64,000 nt of DNA from Eledone cirrhosa (Eukaryota), in NCBI GenBank assembly GCA_964016885.1, contig OZ024758.1, positions 496,001 through 560,000 of the forward strand, written 5' to 3'. A program made the translations under genes and the position numbers. A model generated the notes under the pieces. The model had not been told where the DNA came from. It searched no databases and was given only the letters and a program-made list of their open reading frames with translations. Numbering within the stretch: the stretch's first letter is position 1; every line of letters begins with the position of its first letter. Below are positions 46,185-61,820 of this stretch, piece after piece.

Positions 46185-46323
46185 GAGTACTAGACTGGCA
46201 CCTGTTTATTGACCTCAAAAGTATAAGAGGCAAAGTTAACCTCGGCGAGATTTGAACTCAGATCGAAGACAGTCGGAACGAATACCCCAAATCATTCTAA
46301 CCGGCGATTTAATGACTGCCAAC
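46185..46323 (-). mobile_element. SINE family 1, diverged
   Basis: ggcaaagttaacctcggcgagatttgaactcag. Confidence 0.65.
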
Positions 46324-46847
46324 ACATCGCATTTTCCTCATTAAATTTTAACACCTATAATTTTGTTTTCTTGTAAAACTACTTGTGGTAATATATTTTA
46401 TGAAATGAGAGTGAACATCAACACAGCTTTACTGAACCATTCATCATATATTACATATAACAAACTACGAAAGTATTTTGTTGTCTATTTTAGTTTCGTT
46501 TAACTGTATCCTAAAAAAAAACATTCAAATATAATTAATTTGATGCAAATGGAGTTTGATTAGACATAAATTCAGCTCGTTGAAAATTTAGCATTACACT
46601 AACAGAGGATTTCCCTTTGACCGGTTTTCTTCATAGTGGTTTCTAAATATTTCTTTGGCGAAGAATCTATCGCTAATGAATAGAGTTCTTTCATTTAGAT
46701 GAGGAAACAACTCTACATTTTATTCAGCCACTCCTAAGACATTCTCTTATGAAATCTGCCTACGTAGCCAACATTCAAACATATTTAAATATTCGGATAG
46801 ACTCATATATATTCAAATATCAACAATACAACAAAATAGATTTGCTC

Positions 46848-46927
<80 letters not shown>

Positions 46928-47114
46928 ATGTATGTATGTATGTATCTATGTGTGTGTGTGTATAAATGTGTGTTTGGGTGAGTAATGATAATGTAAGTTC
47001 CTCCCACTTCTCACAAGGTAAAGTATATGCCCTTTCATCCTCTCGCCCCAAAACAAATGCATATATTATATTAATAGACTACAATAGTCTGGCTATAGTA
47101 CAAATATTCGCGAA

Positions 47115-47250
47115 CGCCTTAATAATGGGGGTGGTTGTCTCCGAGTAGTGACTGGCATCATATATTAATGGTCGCGGCTGGAGACTCCGAGTAACGACTG
47201 ACACCAAATATTAGTGGTTGGGGCTGGAGACTCCGAGGAATGACTCATAC
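47115..47250. repeat. ~46-bp tandem repeat, ~3 units
   Basis: Unit GGCTGGAGACTCCGAGTAACGACTGACACCAAATATTAGTGGT. Confidence 0.7.
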
Positions 47251-47329
47251 GAAATCAGTTTTGAATAATTAAAACTTTAGAATACTACTTCCCCCTAATT
47301 GCGTTTCACACGAGTTGAAAAACACAATT

Positions 47330-47382
<53 letters not shown>

Positions 47383-48072
47383 TGTTACATACATTCATGC
47401 ATGCATACATACATATATACATACATACCTACATACAGACATACCTACATACACACACATATATATGAATATATATATATGTATATACACATATATATAT
47501 ATATAAACTGCTTATTGGGTATGTGTGTGTGGTTATAAATGTGTGTTAGTGTATACTTTTGCGTATGTATTTCATATAAGGACGGGAGGCTGGGTGAAAG
47601 GGTTGAGATGAGAAAAGAAAGTTTGATAGAAAATCTGAAGGAAAAGGAAAAATAAGAGAGAATAAAAGACGAAAAGACTGAGTTACTGAACGGGGCTTTC
47701 TGGCGAATCTTATCTTCTGCACTGGGTTACCCAGAAAGAATGAAAGAAGAAATTAAATGAAAAATAATTACAAAATAAAATAAAAGTGATTCATGTCTTA
47801 AGCCCTTTCTATTTTTTACTTGTTTGTTTATTGTTTTGGTATATGTATTTATATATTTATTTATTTATTCTACTTCCTCAATGACTACATTGGTATTATA
47901 GTACAGAGAGAGTTTGGTTGAGTTTGGCTAGATTCAGCTGACATGCTCTGTAGCAAGCGTATCAAACGATAAAGCCCACATCCTGACGTAATATATTTTG
48001 ACACACATAACTAAATTGTGCTAAGTAAATAAATGAATAATTGAAATAAAATATATGTACGCATATATATGT

Positions 48073-48229
<157 letters not shown>

Positions 48230-48438
48230 CTTATATGTATATATATATACATGTATATATATATGCATGTAGTATATGTATATATATATATATATCTATA
48301 TATATATATATATATATATATAAATATATATATATTGATATATATGTGTTTGTGTACATATATACACAATGTGTGTATATATATATGATAAACATGCATA
48401 TATAGTAGTAATAGTAATATCATTACAATAACAACCTA

Positions 48439-48488
<50 letters not shown>

Positions 48489-48746
48489 ATAATAATAATA
48501 ATAATAATAAAATTATAATATGCCATAAATAAAACACAAAATAATTTTAAACAACAACTTTATGGCTTTTATTATATCGCAATTAATTCCTGTATCTCTC
48601 TTACATTTCTCTTATTACTTCGAATAATCACTCAATGTCACACACACACACACTCACCCTCTCTACCTCTTCTTGTGTTTGCGTGTGCGTGCGTGTGTGC
48701 CTATATGTATGAGTGTGTATACACCTTGCGAGCTTACCAACAAGAT

Positions 48747-48804
<58 letters not shown>

Positions 48805-48942
48805 GAGTCGAAGTCAGTATTTACACTCTGCACACTACCCTGGTAACACTGGATTACAACCCAAATGAACAGCATCGAGTACTTGGCACGTCGCGCCGAC
48901 TGTAACTGCTATTACACACTTAACTAACACACACACACACTG

Positions 48943-48974
<32 letters not shown>

Positions 48975-49376
48975 TTATATATATATATATATAGAGAGAG
49001 AGGGAGGGAGAGAAGGGGAGAGAGGGGGAGAGAGAAAGATAAATAGATAGAGAGATAGAGAGAGAGAGAATACACACGATAATACGTGAGTATACCTGGG
49101 ATAGAACATGAAGAATAAATAAAGTTATTTAAATTATTCAATAATTATATATACACATATACACATTCCTGATGTGTTTTTGTTTTCATCCGATTCTTGA
49201 TCGTTTCATTGCTATATGAAGAAGACTTGGCAGTACATCTCTATGAGAATATGATTGGAAAAAATGTCAGAATAATTGGAAAAGTAATGGCGACAAACAG
49301 CGAAAGACGCATGCTTGAGATAAGTTCGATTACTAACTGCAACCTCGAGGCTCCTTCCTTCACGTAGCGATGCATG

Positions 49377-49408
<32 letters not shown>

Positions 49409-49589
49409 GGAATATACATATACATACATATATATATTCATACATATATACGTATATACATACATATATACATATATATACATATATATATATACATACA
49501 TACATACTTATATATATATACATACATATATACTTATATATACATATATCTATACATATATACTTATATATATACATATATATATATAT

Positions 49590-49635
<46 letters not shown>

Positions 49636-49659
49636 GTACATATATATACATATATACAT

Positions 49660-49773
<114 letters not shown>

Positions 49774-50396
49774 TCCTGTCATTTCTTTTCTTAATCAAAG
49801 TACCTCCCCCATTTTGTTACTCGTTCCTATCGATTTAGGAAAAGGAAACAAATGAAAAAATCAAAACAGTTTTTACGAATTTTCTCACACTTCTTTTTTT
49901 AATTTGTATTTTTATCATATATTTCATCTTCTTTTGTTTGTTTTTATTGTTCTCTTATCTCAATAATCGCTTTACACAAATATTTCCGTTTTCTTTTTAA
50001 ATATTTTATATTTCATTATTATTTACTTTCCAGTAGTTATTAATTTTTTTTATATTACTCTATATAATTTATTATATCTACCACCATGGCCACTACAGCC
50101 AGAACCAACAGAACTAAGATCAACACCGCCACTATCACGTGTACAAGACCGTGACTGAACATATTATAAGGCTATATGTTTGTTATTTTTATTGTAATTT
50201 CTGAGATATGTACAGAAACGCACACGCACATGGTTACAGGGACCCACACACATACATATATATTTATCAGCATATCTAGCTATATATGTATAGATAAACA
50301 TATATATGTACACACACACACATACATATACATGCGTGTGTGTGCGTGCGTTCAAGGGGTTTAAATAGATTTACATTAACGAGAATGCTTCCAATT

Positions 50397-50433
<37 letters not shown>

Positions 50434-50529
50434 GGGATTGTAACGTCCAGTTACTGTAGGTTCACCAGAGTGAGCACTCGATGTGTAGTTTCCAGTAAGT
50501 ATACAGGTGTAGTACTAAGCAGAGTGTAT

Positions 50530-50925
50530 TTGGCAGTATCGGTGGAGGGTCGGACGCCATGCTTTCCAGCATAGTTACGTCCCTTTACGATCTGAGTTCA
50601 AATCCCGCCGAGGTTGACTTTCCCTTTCATCCTTACGGGGTCGATAAAATAAAGTACTAGTAATGCACTGGGTATATGCTGGCCTTGTGCCTAAAGTAGA
50701 AACAATTAATTATAATAAAAAGGACGATTTGTTATGTCTTCATTAAGTTTATTGAGGGGCAAGTCGATTAAATCAAATTTAGTAAGGTACTAGTGCTTTA
50801 TTTTATCAACCTCGTAAGAATGAAAGGCAAAGCTAACATTTGAGGGATTTGAACTCAGAATGTAAAGAACCGTAACTATATGCCGCAAAGCATGATGTCC
50901 AATTTTCTAAAGTTACTGCCACTCC
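50530..50925. mobile_element. Two SINE family 1 copies tail-to-tail (50530-50707 +, 50755-50925 -)
   Basis: Core present on both strands. Confidence 0.8.
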
Positions 50926-53246
50926 AGTCCCTTATGTTTGTCATTTAATAATGAGAGCAACATTTTTCTAATATATAATTCCGGTTTTAAAATGATAATA
51001 TGTTTCGATTGAATTTGGCTTTTATTTCTAGCAAGCAGGAGCGGGGGGTAACAAAATGACTGCTCGTTGGTTTCCTTTATATCAGAAGCGGATATATATT
51101 TTTTATTAGTTCTTTAATTTAATACATGATGGTGGCATTGTATATTGTTTTAGTTTGAAGAGTATACAATACAGGAAGATGATATTTCATGTTTCTCCCT
51201 ATGATCATTATCCTTCGTAATAATTGCTTCAGTAAGATGAGTAAAATAGTTGCTGAGTTCCTTCCTCTGCTGGAAGTCTTGCTTTTGTGTTACAATACAG
51301 TTTGGTATAATGAGGTCTTCTTCCTTCTGTTGGAAATATAGTTTATATCTCCATAGATGTTGAAAGTTCCGGTAATACTGAACTTCTATTAATTTCTTTA
51401 ATGTCTATTTCAGAGGACCAAATATAAAAGTCAGAGTGTGTACTACAAAGGCCTAGAAAATATTCTGCGTTTTCTAAGATATGAATGAAGTTTACAGCTT
51501 TACCTATATGTAGGCTTAGCTGGCCCCCTACGAGGTTCTCTCTCACAAGAGAATTCTTGGGTGTTCTAGTCATGTCATGATAATCAACGCGAAATGCAGT
51601 GCCTTGCTTAAGAAAACATCGTACTGCCCTATTCAAGAACCAACATATGATCATGACTCCAGCACTCAAAACATTTGTTTACACTTCTTCACAGTGAGGG
51701 AAGCTATGAACATATTTTTTATAAATTTAAGATAATTATTTTTGGATCCTCCTTATAAATGTGTCCAACACACCTGATGCTAAAATCATGTACATAATAT
51801 TTTCTTGTCTTAGCAATTGGATACCAAATTCATCCCAAATTTGATCAATTTTCTTTTTGCTATGGTTAATACTCAGTCTATACAGAGTCAGTTACTGCTC
51901 AATGATAACCCGAGATTCGCTTATGGATCAATATCTATACTTATATAGGCCATATATAGACTTCTTAACTGCCTAAGTCGCACCATATATCACGTCGGCG
52001 CAGCTATGACCCTACCAAGGGTTAAAATTCAATGCGTTGTGAGTAGGTATTATAAAATATTTCATTAGAAAGCAAAAATATTACTTTTGAAAGACGTTTA
52101 GTGAATGTGTAATTAGTTTTGTTTAGATTTTACTCCCGCTTCTTGCATTTGTAGGTCATTGCATAGCAATTACACTTAAAGGGAGACAATCGGTAGATGA
52201 AATATAGAAAGATTGAAAGAGGAGGACAAAGAGAAGTGTGTTGGCGTATAGAAGTGACTGGTAGAAGGAAATAAAGAAAGTTTACACACGCACACATCTT
52301 CTCCCTCATCAGCTCTCAAACCAGCAAAATAGTTTCGCACGATTTAATTGAGAGTACCATTTTAAAATGCTGAATCGTGCAACAGAAAATCTAATTCTAC
52401 GCTGATGTTATTTATTTTGTTATTTTATTATTATTCATTAGTTCCAGTTTATTCTGGGAAACCTATTATACGAATTAGTTTATATTTAATAATTTAGTTT
52501 GCCTCTTCGGTTAAATCGTCGTGTTTAAGTCAATTTCAGGGATATCAATTTGAAATAGATATTTCAAGGTCTGTATCAATGCAGAACATTTAGGTGCAGA
52601 TAGTTTATATTCCTTTTATAGTTAATACGTAAAGAGTTAATACCACTTAATTATGTTATCATAGTCACAGTTAAGCCGACAGATACTTATATTATCAGTT
52701 ACAATAGACTTGTCTATTTACTTTTAATATTAATATATTTTTAATCTGTCAATAGATGACCTGCAAATGTTCGACATATTGTAGCCGCGTTCGTTGTTTA
52801 AGTTGTTCACAGTTTGAGTGTTTATTCTTATTTAAGGGTAATTGAATCTTGCTATTTTATCTGAGTCCTACAGAGCTAGAAAGCAATACTTTGAAAGATT
52901 GTGCCACTCGGTAATGGTATATATGCTAAAGTATATGTAAAATAACAATATTTTATGTAATACAATCAGTATATTAATACTTTCATAAAAAAATGTTTTC
53001 TATTAATAAAAAATTAACAAAATTGTAATCAAATCTATTACAAATAACAAGAACTCTACAGATATTTAAAAACGGAACAGGAAGGGAAGGGCAAGAACTC
53101 TAGGGTTAGAGAAGAATGGGAGGGAGAAGAGGGAGGGTGATTGGCTCTGGGGTCACAGAAGAATGGGAGGGAGAAGAGGGAGGGTGACGGGCTCTGGGCC
53201 TAGGGCGCGATAATTGAATATCAAGTTGACAATTATTGTCATACTA

Positions 53247-53439
53247 CAAGGGTCGGCTGAAAAGTTCATAGGCTGAATAAGTTACTCTCATGGAATGAAA
53301 AAATTAGGAATATTTTTCAACATATGGAAGGAAACAATACAGTTATTAATAAGAAGAGTTGAAATTAATGCATGTAAGATTTCCCAGCTCTAGCATCACT
53401 CCTTCATAGTGAACCTATGAACTTTTCACCCAACTCTCG
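53247..53439. mobile_element. Mariner-type MITE with TA target-site duplication
   Basis: TA|CAAGGGTCGGCTGAAAAGTTCATAGG ... CCTATGAACTTTTCACCCAACTCTCG|TA. Partial copies lie at ~520-615 (-) and ~7885-8000 (+). Confidence 0.8.
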
Positions 53440-55687
53440 TATGGACCCCCCTCCCGTCCAGCCATAAACACAAATCAACACAGGTTCTACGTATGTGTGC
53501 CCAATACTTTGTATTTCTTAATGCAAAGTAATGTAAATGTGTGTACTTGCTTTGATAGTTGTGCGAGAACATGTTAACAACGAAGCTGTAGAAACCGACT
53601 TTTTTCGTTTAACAAAATAGAAATGTTGTATTGAGGAATTCTGAAAAATTAACCAGTACCCGCTAGATAAAACAAAATTCAAACAATTCTTTCACTTACT
53701 CTTTATTCCATCACCGGTCATACACTTAGGTCACTAGTTATACCACGTCTTATCTCCCACATATCAACCAACATCCTTCCATGTTTTATTTGGTTCAATT
53801 TGTCATTCAGATACCGCAACATTAGACACTTCACGGCAAACCTTCAAACTCTCTTACAAACCTTTCAGTGAATTGTGTTTTCTAGCACTTCTGTGTACCA
53901 GAGAACATTATATTTATAATAATCAGCTCAGTAGAGGTCACTGTCTATTATATTTATTAGTGTATATTACAAATCACCGATACATTGCTTTCTAAGTTAC
54001 CATCAAATATATTTTCACCAGACCAAATCAGATCTTACCAGCTTTAAATGAATTTGAAAACAAATTAAGTTTCACCAGTAAAAAAAATACAACACAATTT
54101 CTGTGTATTTGCTTTATGTTGGTTTTAGTGCTTTTTATATTTTCATTTCTTTATATCATAACTAAAGAACAGTAGATTCGAAAGTTATATGTCTGCTATA
54201 GAATAATGGCTGATTCAATGCATTTATGACAGCAATAGTGATAAGTTAAGCTACGGAAAATACAGTGTCTCGCTCAAATGCTAAATATCCCGCTCAATCC
54301 AAGAATCGAACTCATAGGTACAACATGCTAACTCTTTCATAAAATTGAGGTAATAATTTATAGCCCTCCCGTTGTAAATGTGTCCAATGCACGTGATCGA
54401 AGAAGAAGAACGGTTTTATACATTTGACTCTTTCTCACACAGTCATATTTCGAATCTGGATAGATATATTATTGTCACCTGTAAAAATAATGTTATTTGT
54501 GAAGGTAAGAGTATGAATCAATAATTCTAAAGTAGCAGCTGTACTGTAAAATACATGAATGTTTCATTGATTAGAATTTATAAATTTCATGGTTAACGAT
54601 GTCTTTTGTGATGTCCGTTTGGCCAGCAATAAGATCTCTACCACTCCTGCTTCCCCTGTATTTAAGAAATGACTCAATATCCAGTAATAGCTAAGCCAAT
54701 TAAGTATGCAGGTTATCGTCCGGTTAGTTGTAAACATGCACAGACATCCTATAAGAAGTGGCGACATCAGAAACAACAACTACAGCAAGAAAATTTGTTC
54801 AAAACAACTTATGTAATTGATATAACTACTTATTAAAAGAGAAAACTTTGTTATACATTCGTCAACATAAACAGAATATTTACGGTTGACTACAATGATA
54901 AGTTATTGTCACATGTATACAAGCTGTTGTGTATACAACATATAAATGAAAGCAGAATACAATATAATGCCACCAACCCGGAAACAATCATGGAAAATAT
55001 AGCTCATTAAAGGATAACATAACAAAGGAACACCTCATTAAAAATAACAAACATGCTGTCAAAATATAAATATCTAAAGAGAGAAAACAGCAAGCACTAA
55101 ATGTTGCAGATGGCTGAAAAATAAGGTTTAAGTCTATCGCAGTTCGTTGTCTACCGCAGATAGCTCATTGTATATATGGCTAAGTAATGTAGCTTGTACT
55201 TTCGTGTAACTATGTAATGTTACTGCTGCTTCTGCTGCTATGTTTTTTTTGAAGATATTGTTGTAGTTGCTTGTGGTGTTTCTCACAGAGAGTGTATTGT
55301 TTTTTTAGCTCTATTCTGGCCTGGGCGAGTGGATCTACCACCAAAGACGTCTCAGGATGGATTTAAACCGTCCCAGGAATGTATATTTAAAACAGGATTA
55401 TCCGTGTCATTACATTGTAAAGACATTACAGAAGGACTTGAGGGATACTTGGGTGTTATTGCATGCAGATTCATCGCCACTCTAAGGTTTCCTTATTGGA
55501 TCTTAATAAATAAAATTGCAGTACGTAGTTTAAGCATTGCATAACGGACGAGTGTTTCATCTGTTGGTTGTGATGAGACTAATTTAAACAAATATCACGT
55601 CCATTACCAACCCACCTCACTCGTAATTACACACACACACATTCACAGATAACCACACTTACACGCAGACTATGTGTATCACATATA

Positions 55688-55857
55688 CAGACATGTCAAC
55701 TCTCCCCACCCGACGGGGAGATCTCCCACCCACTTTGGGGTGGGTGAGAGATGTTGTATCTTATGTAAATCTCCCCATTGTGTCTCATTTCTCCCAGTTT
55801 TGGGGAAATCTTTTTCATGTTACTCGCCGTTTGGGTTTTGAGAGGTTGGCACGTCTC
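55688..55857. mobile_element. MITE with CAGACATG(T/C)CAAC TIRs (hAT-like)
   Basis: CAGACATGTCAACTCTC ... GAGAGGTTGGCACGTCT, with internal ATCTCCC repeats. Confidence 0.6.
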
Positions 55858-56590
55858 CATACAATCACCACATACTATTCAGCAGGACCGACATGAACTT
55901 GAATCAGGAATAACACAATTCATACAGAGTAGACTGTGGTAGATAAAACAACGCTATTGATAATATTTAGTACTAGGGTTCCTGATTGTTGCACCAATAT
56001 AATTTTCAAAACTTACAACACTCGCGAAATTTGAAAAGCTACATACAGAAAGACAGCAGTCTGAGAAAAGATTCCCGTGGGTTGGTGTGGCTGTTGTAGT
56101 GTGTGTCGCTCGCCATTCTTTGCGGCATTGCCTTTGCCGTTTTGTCTGCGGGGCATAATCGAATCACCACTTAAACTGGGGTGTAGAATCTCGCCCCTCT
56201 CCCTTTCTTTCGTTGCTTAATTCACTTTTATCACTTTTTTGTTATTTATTTTGTGTTTCATTTAAATATTATTATGTTTTAAATATTATTATGTTTTTAA
56301 TATTATTGTTTAAATGCTTAAATTATAATTTTCTAATATTTTATTAGTAGTTTAAATAGTTTAAAATGTTACATGTAGTAGCAGCGCGCGCGCACACACG
56401 CGCACACACACACACGCATATATATAAATTAAATTCCAAACGAGGTTACCCATAAAAATCTTTATTGATTATACACAGTTACGACCGTTTCCCAGATGAG
56501 TGGCTCAGCATCCATATAAATGGTAGAACCCCGACTCCAGCACGATTTAATCATAAGACTTGTTAATCAAGCGAAACCAAAATCTCATCT

Positions 56591-56659
<69 letters not shown>

Positions 56660-56688
56660 TAAAATTTAGTCTTCAAATTTATTATTAT

Positions 56689-56744
<56 letters not shown>

Positions 56745-56867
56745 TTTGGCTGCCAACTCGTTTTCGAGTACGGCCACTACTTTATATCCATGTAGGAGTA
56801 CTCCTACCGATGCGCTGAACGAGTGTGAATGAATGTTTGTGAATGTTTGTGAACGAGTGTGAATGTT

Positions 56868-56908
<41 letters not shown>

Positions 56909-57012
56909 GTATATATATATGTATATATATATGTATATATATATGTATATATATATGTATATATATATGTATATATATATGTATATATATATGTATATAT
57001 ATATGTATATAC

Positions 57013-57156
<144 letters not shown>

Positions 57157-58377
57157 ATTCATACCTAGGAGAGAGAAGAAATATTAATATGAAAGAAATG
57201 AATTTCTTTTTGATATTCTGGAATTGCTCATATTTATATTTGTAAATATTGTTCTCTTGTTATATAACAGATACTTCATGTTCAAGACATGTTCCTGTTC
57301 TCGGCTTTTCTTTGCTTAGTAATATTTATTATTACTTCATCTATTTGTTTTCTCTCTCCTTTTTTAAGAGGACAACGTACGACATGACGAACATGTTATT
57401 GCTATATCTACGAGGTCTATCTCTCACATACTTTGTATGAATACAAGTTTCTGTTTAATAATGCATAAGTATGAAAATAATAGAAGTACACGACAAACGT
57501 TACAAATAAATGCTTGTAGAGTTTCGCCTATCATACTTGAGATGCTATCATATTTGTGAATACATCCACTGAGTTATATATTTCATATAATAATTATGAA
57601 TTTGTATTTAAATATTTATGCAGAATATTACATAACATATATAATATTAGTATGTATTGTATTTCAGTGGGTCTTGCTCCTATTAGCTTATGCTATTGTT
57701 GGTGCCTAACTCAGACTAGTCTTGATTATTCAAACCTGGGAAGAAAGGTCAACAGGTTGTGAACATACCCTCTATGTAGGAATATCATATACTATGTTGC
57801 CATATGCATTCTTAACTCTTTTATACTGTATGGTGTCATTTGAAATATATTTGGCTTTTGTGTGAAATATAATGGTGACGAGGTAGAACTAACGGATTAG
57901 ATTATAGTCATTAGAATCTGAAGGTAACTCATTACAGCTAGAAAGAACAGTGATAATTGGCCATGATTTATTAACTTGAAATCGTCCGAAATAAAGCTAC
58001 TTTTAAATGGTCATGTGGTTTTGTGGACAAAGTATATTTTTTAATCATCAATTAATCATGCTTTGAGTCAAGAATTTATGACCCAAAACAAGTCCCTGTC
58101 CATTCAGTTATTGTAAAAAAAAAAGATAGGGAGATTTTAGTTATAAAATACAACTGGCTGAACAAATTGAACATGATTTTCTTGGAGGCCACAGCATTTG
58201 TAACACACACACATGGGTTGATGTTGCGGTAGCAGCAGTTAATAAATCGACTTTATTTCAACCTGTGACTAAAAAGAAACAAAGAAATCTGGGGCATTGA
58301 TAGAATCAATCATTATAGACAAGATCTTACTTTCATTTAATTTCATCTATTCTTATATTTGTTTTTCTACATTTCAG

Positions 58378-58619
58378 GATCAGTTCAGAATGTCGGACAG
58401 TCCAAAAGATCTTCGGGCAGATTCTTTGGAATCTCCCTCTCACATGTGGCTATGTGCTAGTTGCGGTAAGCGTATAATGGACCGCTATTACATGATGGTT
58501 GCCGATCGCCAGTGGCATGCCTCTTGTCTTAAATGTTGTGAGTGCAAGTTGAGGCTTGATTCTTATTTAACATGTTTCGCCCGTAACGGTAACCTCTACT
58601 GCAAAGAGGACTATTATCG
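58378..58619 (+). CDS. Lhx2/9: Exon encoding LIM domain 1 of an Lhx2/9 (apterous) LIM-homeodomain transcription factor
   Basis: Translates DQFRMSDS...CASCGKRIMDRYYMMVADRQWHASCLKCCECKLRLDSYLTCFARNGNLYCKEDYYR. LIM spacing is Cx2C-H-x2C-x2C-x2C-Cx2D, and the sequence is close to Lhx2/9 LIM1 (DRYYLLAVDKQWH.RCLKCCECKL.LESELTCF.KDG.IYCKEDYYR). Acceptor is a polypyrimidine tract plus tttcag| at 58377; donor is cg|gtgagt at 58620 (phase 2 after DYYR). Other exons were not found in the window; ATG at 58390 could be the start. Confidence 0.93.
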
Positions 58620-58984
58620 GTGAGTAAATATTTATTATCACTATTGTAGTTATTTTTCAAATTATTGTTTTCAATATAATGTTGTTTATGATATATTTGG
58701 TTGCAAATAACTGTTCATCAAATGACAACTATCGAAGCCAACAAAGACATCAGAAACTAAAAACAACATCAGTGGCTCTCTGCCTGCTTCCTCGAACTGC
58801 TAATAATAGCTAATCTACTTCAAATCACATCCTACTCTTTTAAAAGCAGAAAGACGCATTCAATGATGTAATGATTTTCGATGATAATAATTCTTTTCCT
58901 TTTATAAGATTTCGCTAGCAATCGGTTGCTAGGTGCAATGTGTTAATTGGCCTCAGATCTGTCGCTGATCGCAGAGCCTCAACA

Positions 58985-59110
58985 TATCACTTAGGCTTCT
59001 GGCAGGGTACTGCCTATGAAGTCGAGGATCCCATGGCTTTTGATGAAAGATGTAAGGCTTTTAGGAACCGTGCCTAGCGCCCCAATGATGTTTGGCACGA
59101 CTTCTGTCTC
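58985..59110 (-). mobile_element. RLE-type (R4/Dong-like) C-terminal remnant in the intron after the LIM exon
   Basis: Minus strand ETEVVPNIIGALGTVPKSL..HGI (VPxIIGALG motif). Confidence 0.65.
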
Positions 59111-61435
59111 TACTTACGTGGCTTTAGTAAAGTATAAAGTTTTTTGTGATATTAAATAGGAAATCTAAGTTCACGAACGATCAATGTGTATCGTCGTTTG
59201 GAGGTTTCATTTGTTTTTTTTCACTTTTGTTGTTAGTCCCTACAGAATAGATCGCCACTTTCCTCTTTTTACACATAAGATACATTATACATCTGTATGT
59301 ATAACAAAATATTCTTACTGTAAACACATTTGTTAATTTGTCGAAGAGTAACGAGTGTCTTAAAGTAAGATATTTGTATTACTCATAAGCATTTCAAAGT
59401 ATATACTTCTTAATATCTATTTTGATGCGGGCATGTTACATCTAACAATTTTGACACGACATAAAACTCTTCACAATTCCTACATCCTCCATAAATCTAT
59501 CATAAATTTAACAGTTATTACACCACTCTTAAAATATTAAATGGCTATTAATAATATTACAATATTTATCATATTCAAAATGTCATCACATATTTAACGT
59601 AAGTGCCACATCTTTAATGAATCTGTCCATCAGCTCTGACACTCAATTACCACGTAAGTCGTAAAATTGTCAAATTCCGTATATTTTACTTAAGTTCTCT
59701 TCATAAAGTACCGACATTTGTAGTAAAATTATGTTGTAAAGTTATACTACCCTTGAATAAGGAAACTGTTAATTCAATTCTCAGAATCTTGTAATATATT
59801 TCGTTTTCTTTTTATATATATTTTAACAAGACAAATATAGACTCAAGATATAGGCTGCTATATTTCTCAAACAATGGGTTCCCACTACATCTAAGATGAA
59901 TATTTAAAGGTAAAGAGGTACGAGAAGCCAATGCCGTTTCTCAAAACTATTTAGGCCGGATATGAAGCTCAACAGTTACTGCAATGAGTTAACAGAAATC
60001 CCGCTTTTGATTCGTCATGGAATTACTTGGTAATGGTACAAGCCATTTTGCCAATACCTAATATATTTCAAATTGACGTTAATACAATTCATATTGAAAA
60101 ACATGTTTTATTCGTAGTGAAATAATTACATTTCAACATTATATAGAAAGCTTGGAATCGAGGAGTTGGGCTCTATACGCTCTGACGATCTGCTAGAACT
60201 TTGAAGAAGTAGTCTTTCTTTATATTATATAGAAACTCCTTATAGCAAGTTAATACATTACTCTTTAATATCACAGTTCTGCAGCCTAATATTGAAATTC
60301 AGATGGCATTGAAATTCTTCCATTGTCAGTCAGTCATTTTCTTTTATAAAAATCATCTTAGAGTTGCGTTTCCGTGTTTTAAATATGAGTTTTATGTCTT
60401 CGTTTAGAAAGTGGATATTTTGCGGTCTTGTCCGCGTGGCGCAGCCCCAACACCGCCATGCCTTAGCCCTAGACCACATCACTCTCAATCTGCCTCCTCT
60501 CATTCTTCTATGACCCTAGCGCCCTTGCCTTGCCCTTCCCTTCATTTTCCGTTTTTTTTTTAAAATATCTATAATGATGTTATTTGAAAGATTTGTTTGG
60601 GATATTTAAATTTTTTATTAATAAAAAATATTTAGCTGATTTCTTTTACCTCAGATAACCTCAGGATTATCAGAATGAATTCCTTGATGTATATAGCTTT
60701 CTCATATAATATATATATGAATAGTTATGCTGAATCTCACTAATTATAAGAGGAGTTACTATATTATATGTAAATGGATGAAAGACGAAGTTAAACTAGA
60801 CAGTAAATAGAGAAAGATAGAACAGTTGGGCATCAATTATTACACTTTGGTTCTCTGTCACTAGGAGCCGTATATGATTGTTCATTCAATTGGAAGTGTG
60901 TGCGTGATTTCTTTGAAAGCGCCCAGACTTCTTCACAGACAAGTATCAATTCCGGCACTTTTAGATCTGCGCCAACTCGACCGAGGCTTAGTTTTACGTT
61001 AGAGATATTTACTGAGTTATTAACAAGTGAACAACGACAATAAAAATTTCACAGACACACATACACAGATCCATACACTCGCATACAGATACACACACAC
61101 ACACATATATAAATGTATATATAAATGTATATATGTATATATATGTATATATATGTATATATGTATATAAGTATGTATATATATATTTATGTATGTATAT
61201 ATGTATGTATATATATATATATTTATATATATGTATATACGTATGTATATGTATAAACATATATATATATATATATATACGTATGTATATATATATATAT
61301 GTATATACGTATGTATATATATGTATATACGTATGTATATATATGTATATACGTATGTATATATATGTATATATGTATGTACATGTATATATGTATGTAT
61401 ATATATATGTGTGTATATGTATGTGTATATATATA

Positions 61436-61482
<47 letters not shown>

Positions 61483-61777
61483 GTATACATATGGATATGT
61501 ATATACATATATTACATGTATGTGTATATGTATATATATGTATATGTAGTAAACAATTTGAATTACTTCTCTCTACTTTAAAACAATAAGAATGAAGAAT
61601 CTTCATTGAAGTGAACGTTAAATGTCAATAAATTTATTTTATTGTTCTTCATTTTAATATTATTCTTTTTAATATTTCTTGCTTTCAATTCCATTAATCA
61701 CACATGAGAACAACTTGTTGGAACATCAAATTATGTTGATCATTGTATATTGTAACTGTCGATATGGTAGAATACAC

Positions 61778-61820
61778 TTTCCTGAAGAGATCTAAGAAGA
61801 TCGAAGCAAGTGCGTCGATT
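61778..61820 (+). ncRNA. Degenerate hammerhead motif
   Basis: CTGAAGA-GATCT-AAGA-AGATC-GAAG-C..G-TC; A15.1>G and stem I is weak. Confidence 0.45.

Noticed and set aside
51343-51900. 108-aa minus-strand ORF and a possible RTE remnant
   Set aside because: Only a faint RCVGHI-type similarity; too degraded to call.
58297-58377. ORF-track N-terminal extension of the LIM ORF
   Set aside because: It is the intronic polypyrimidine tract upstream of the AG acceptor.
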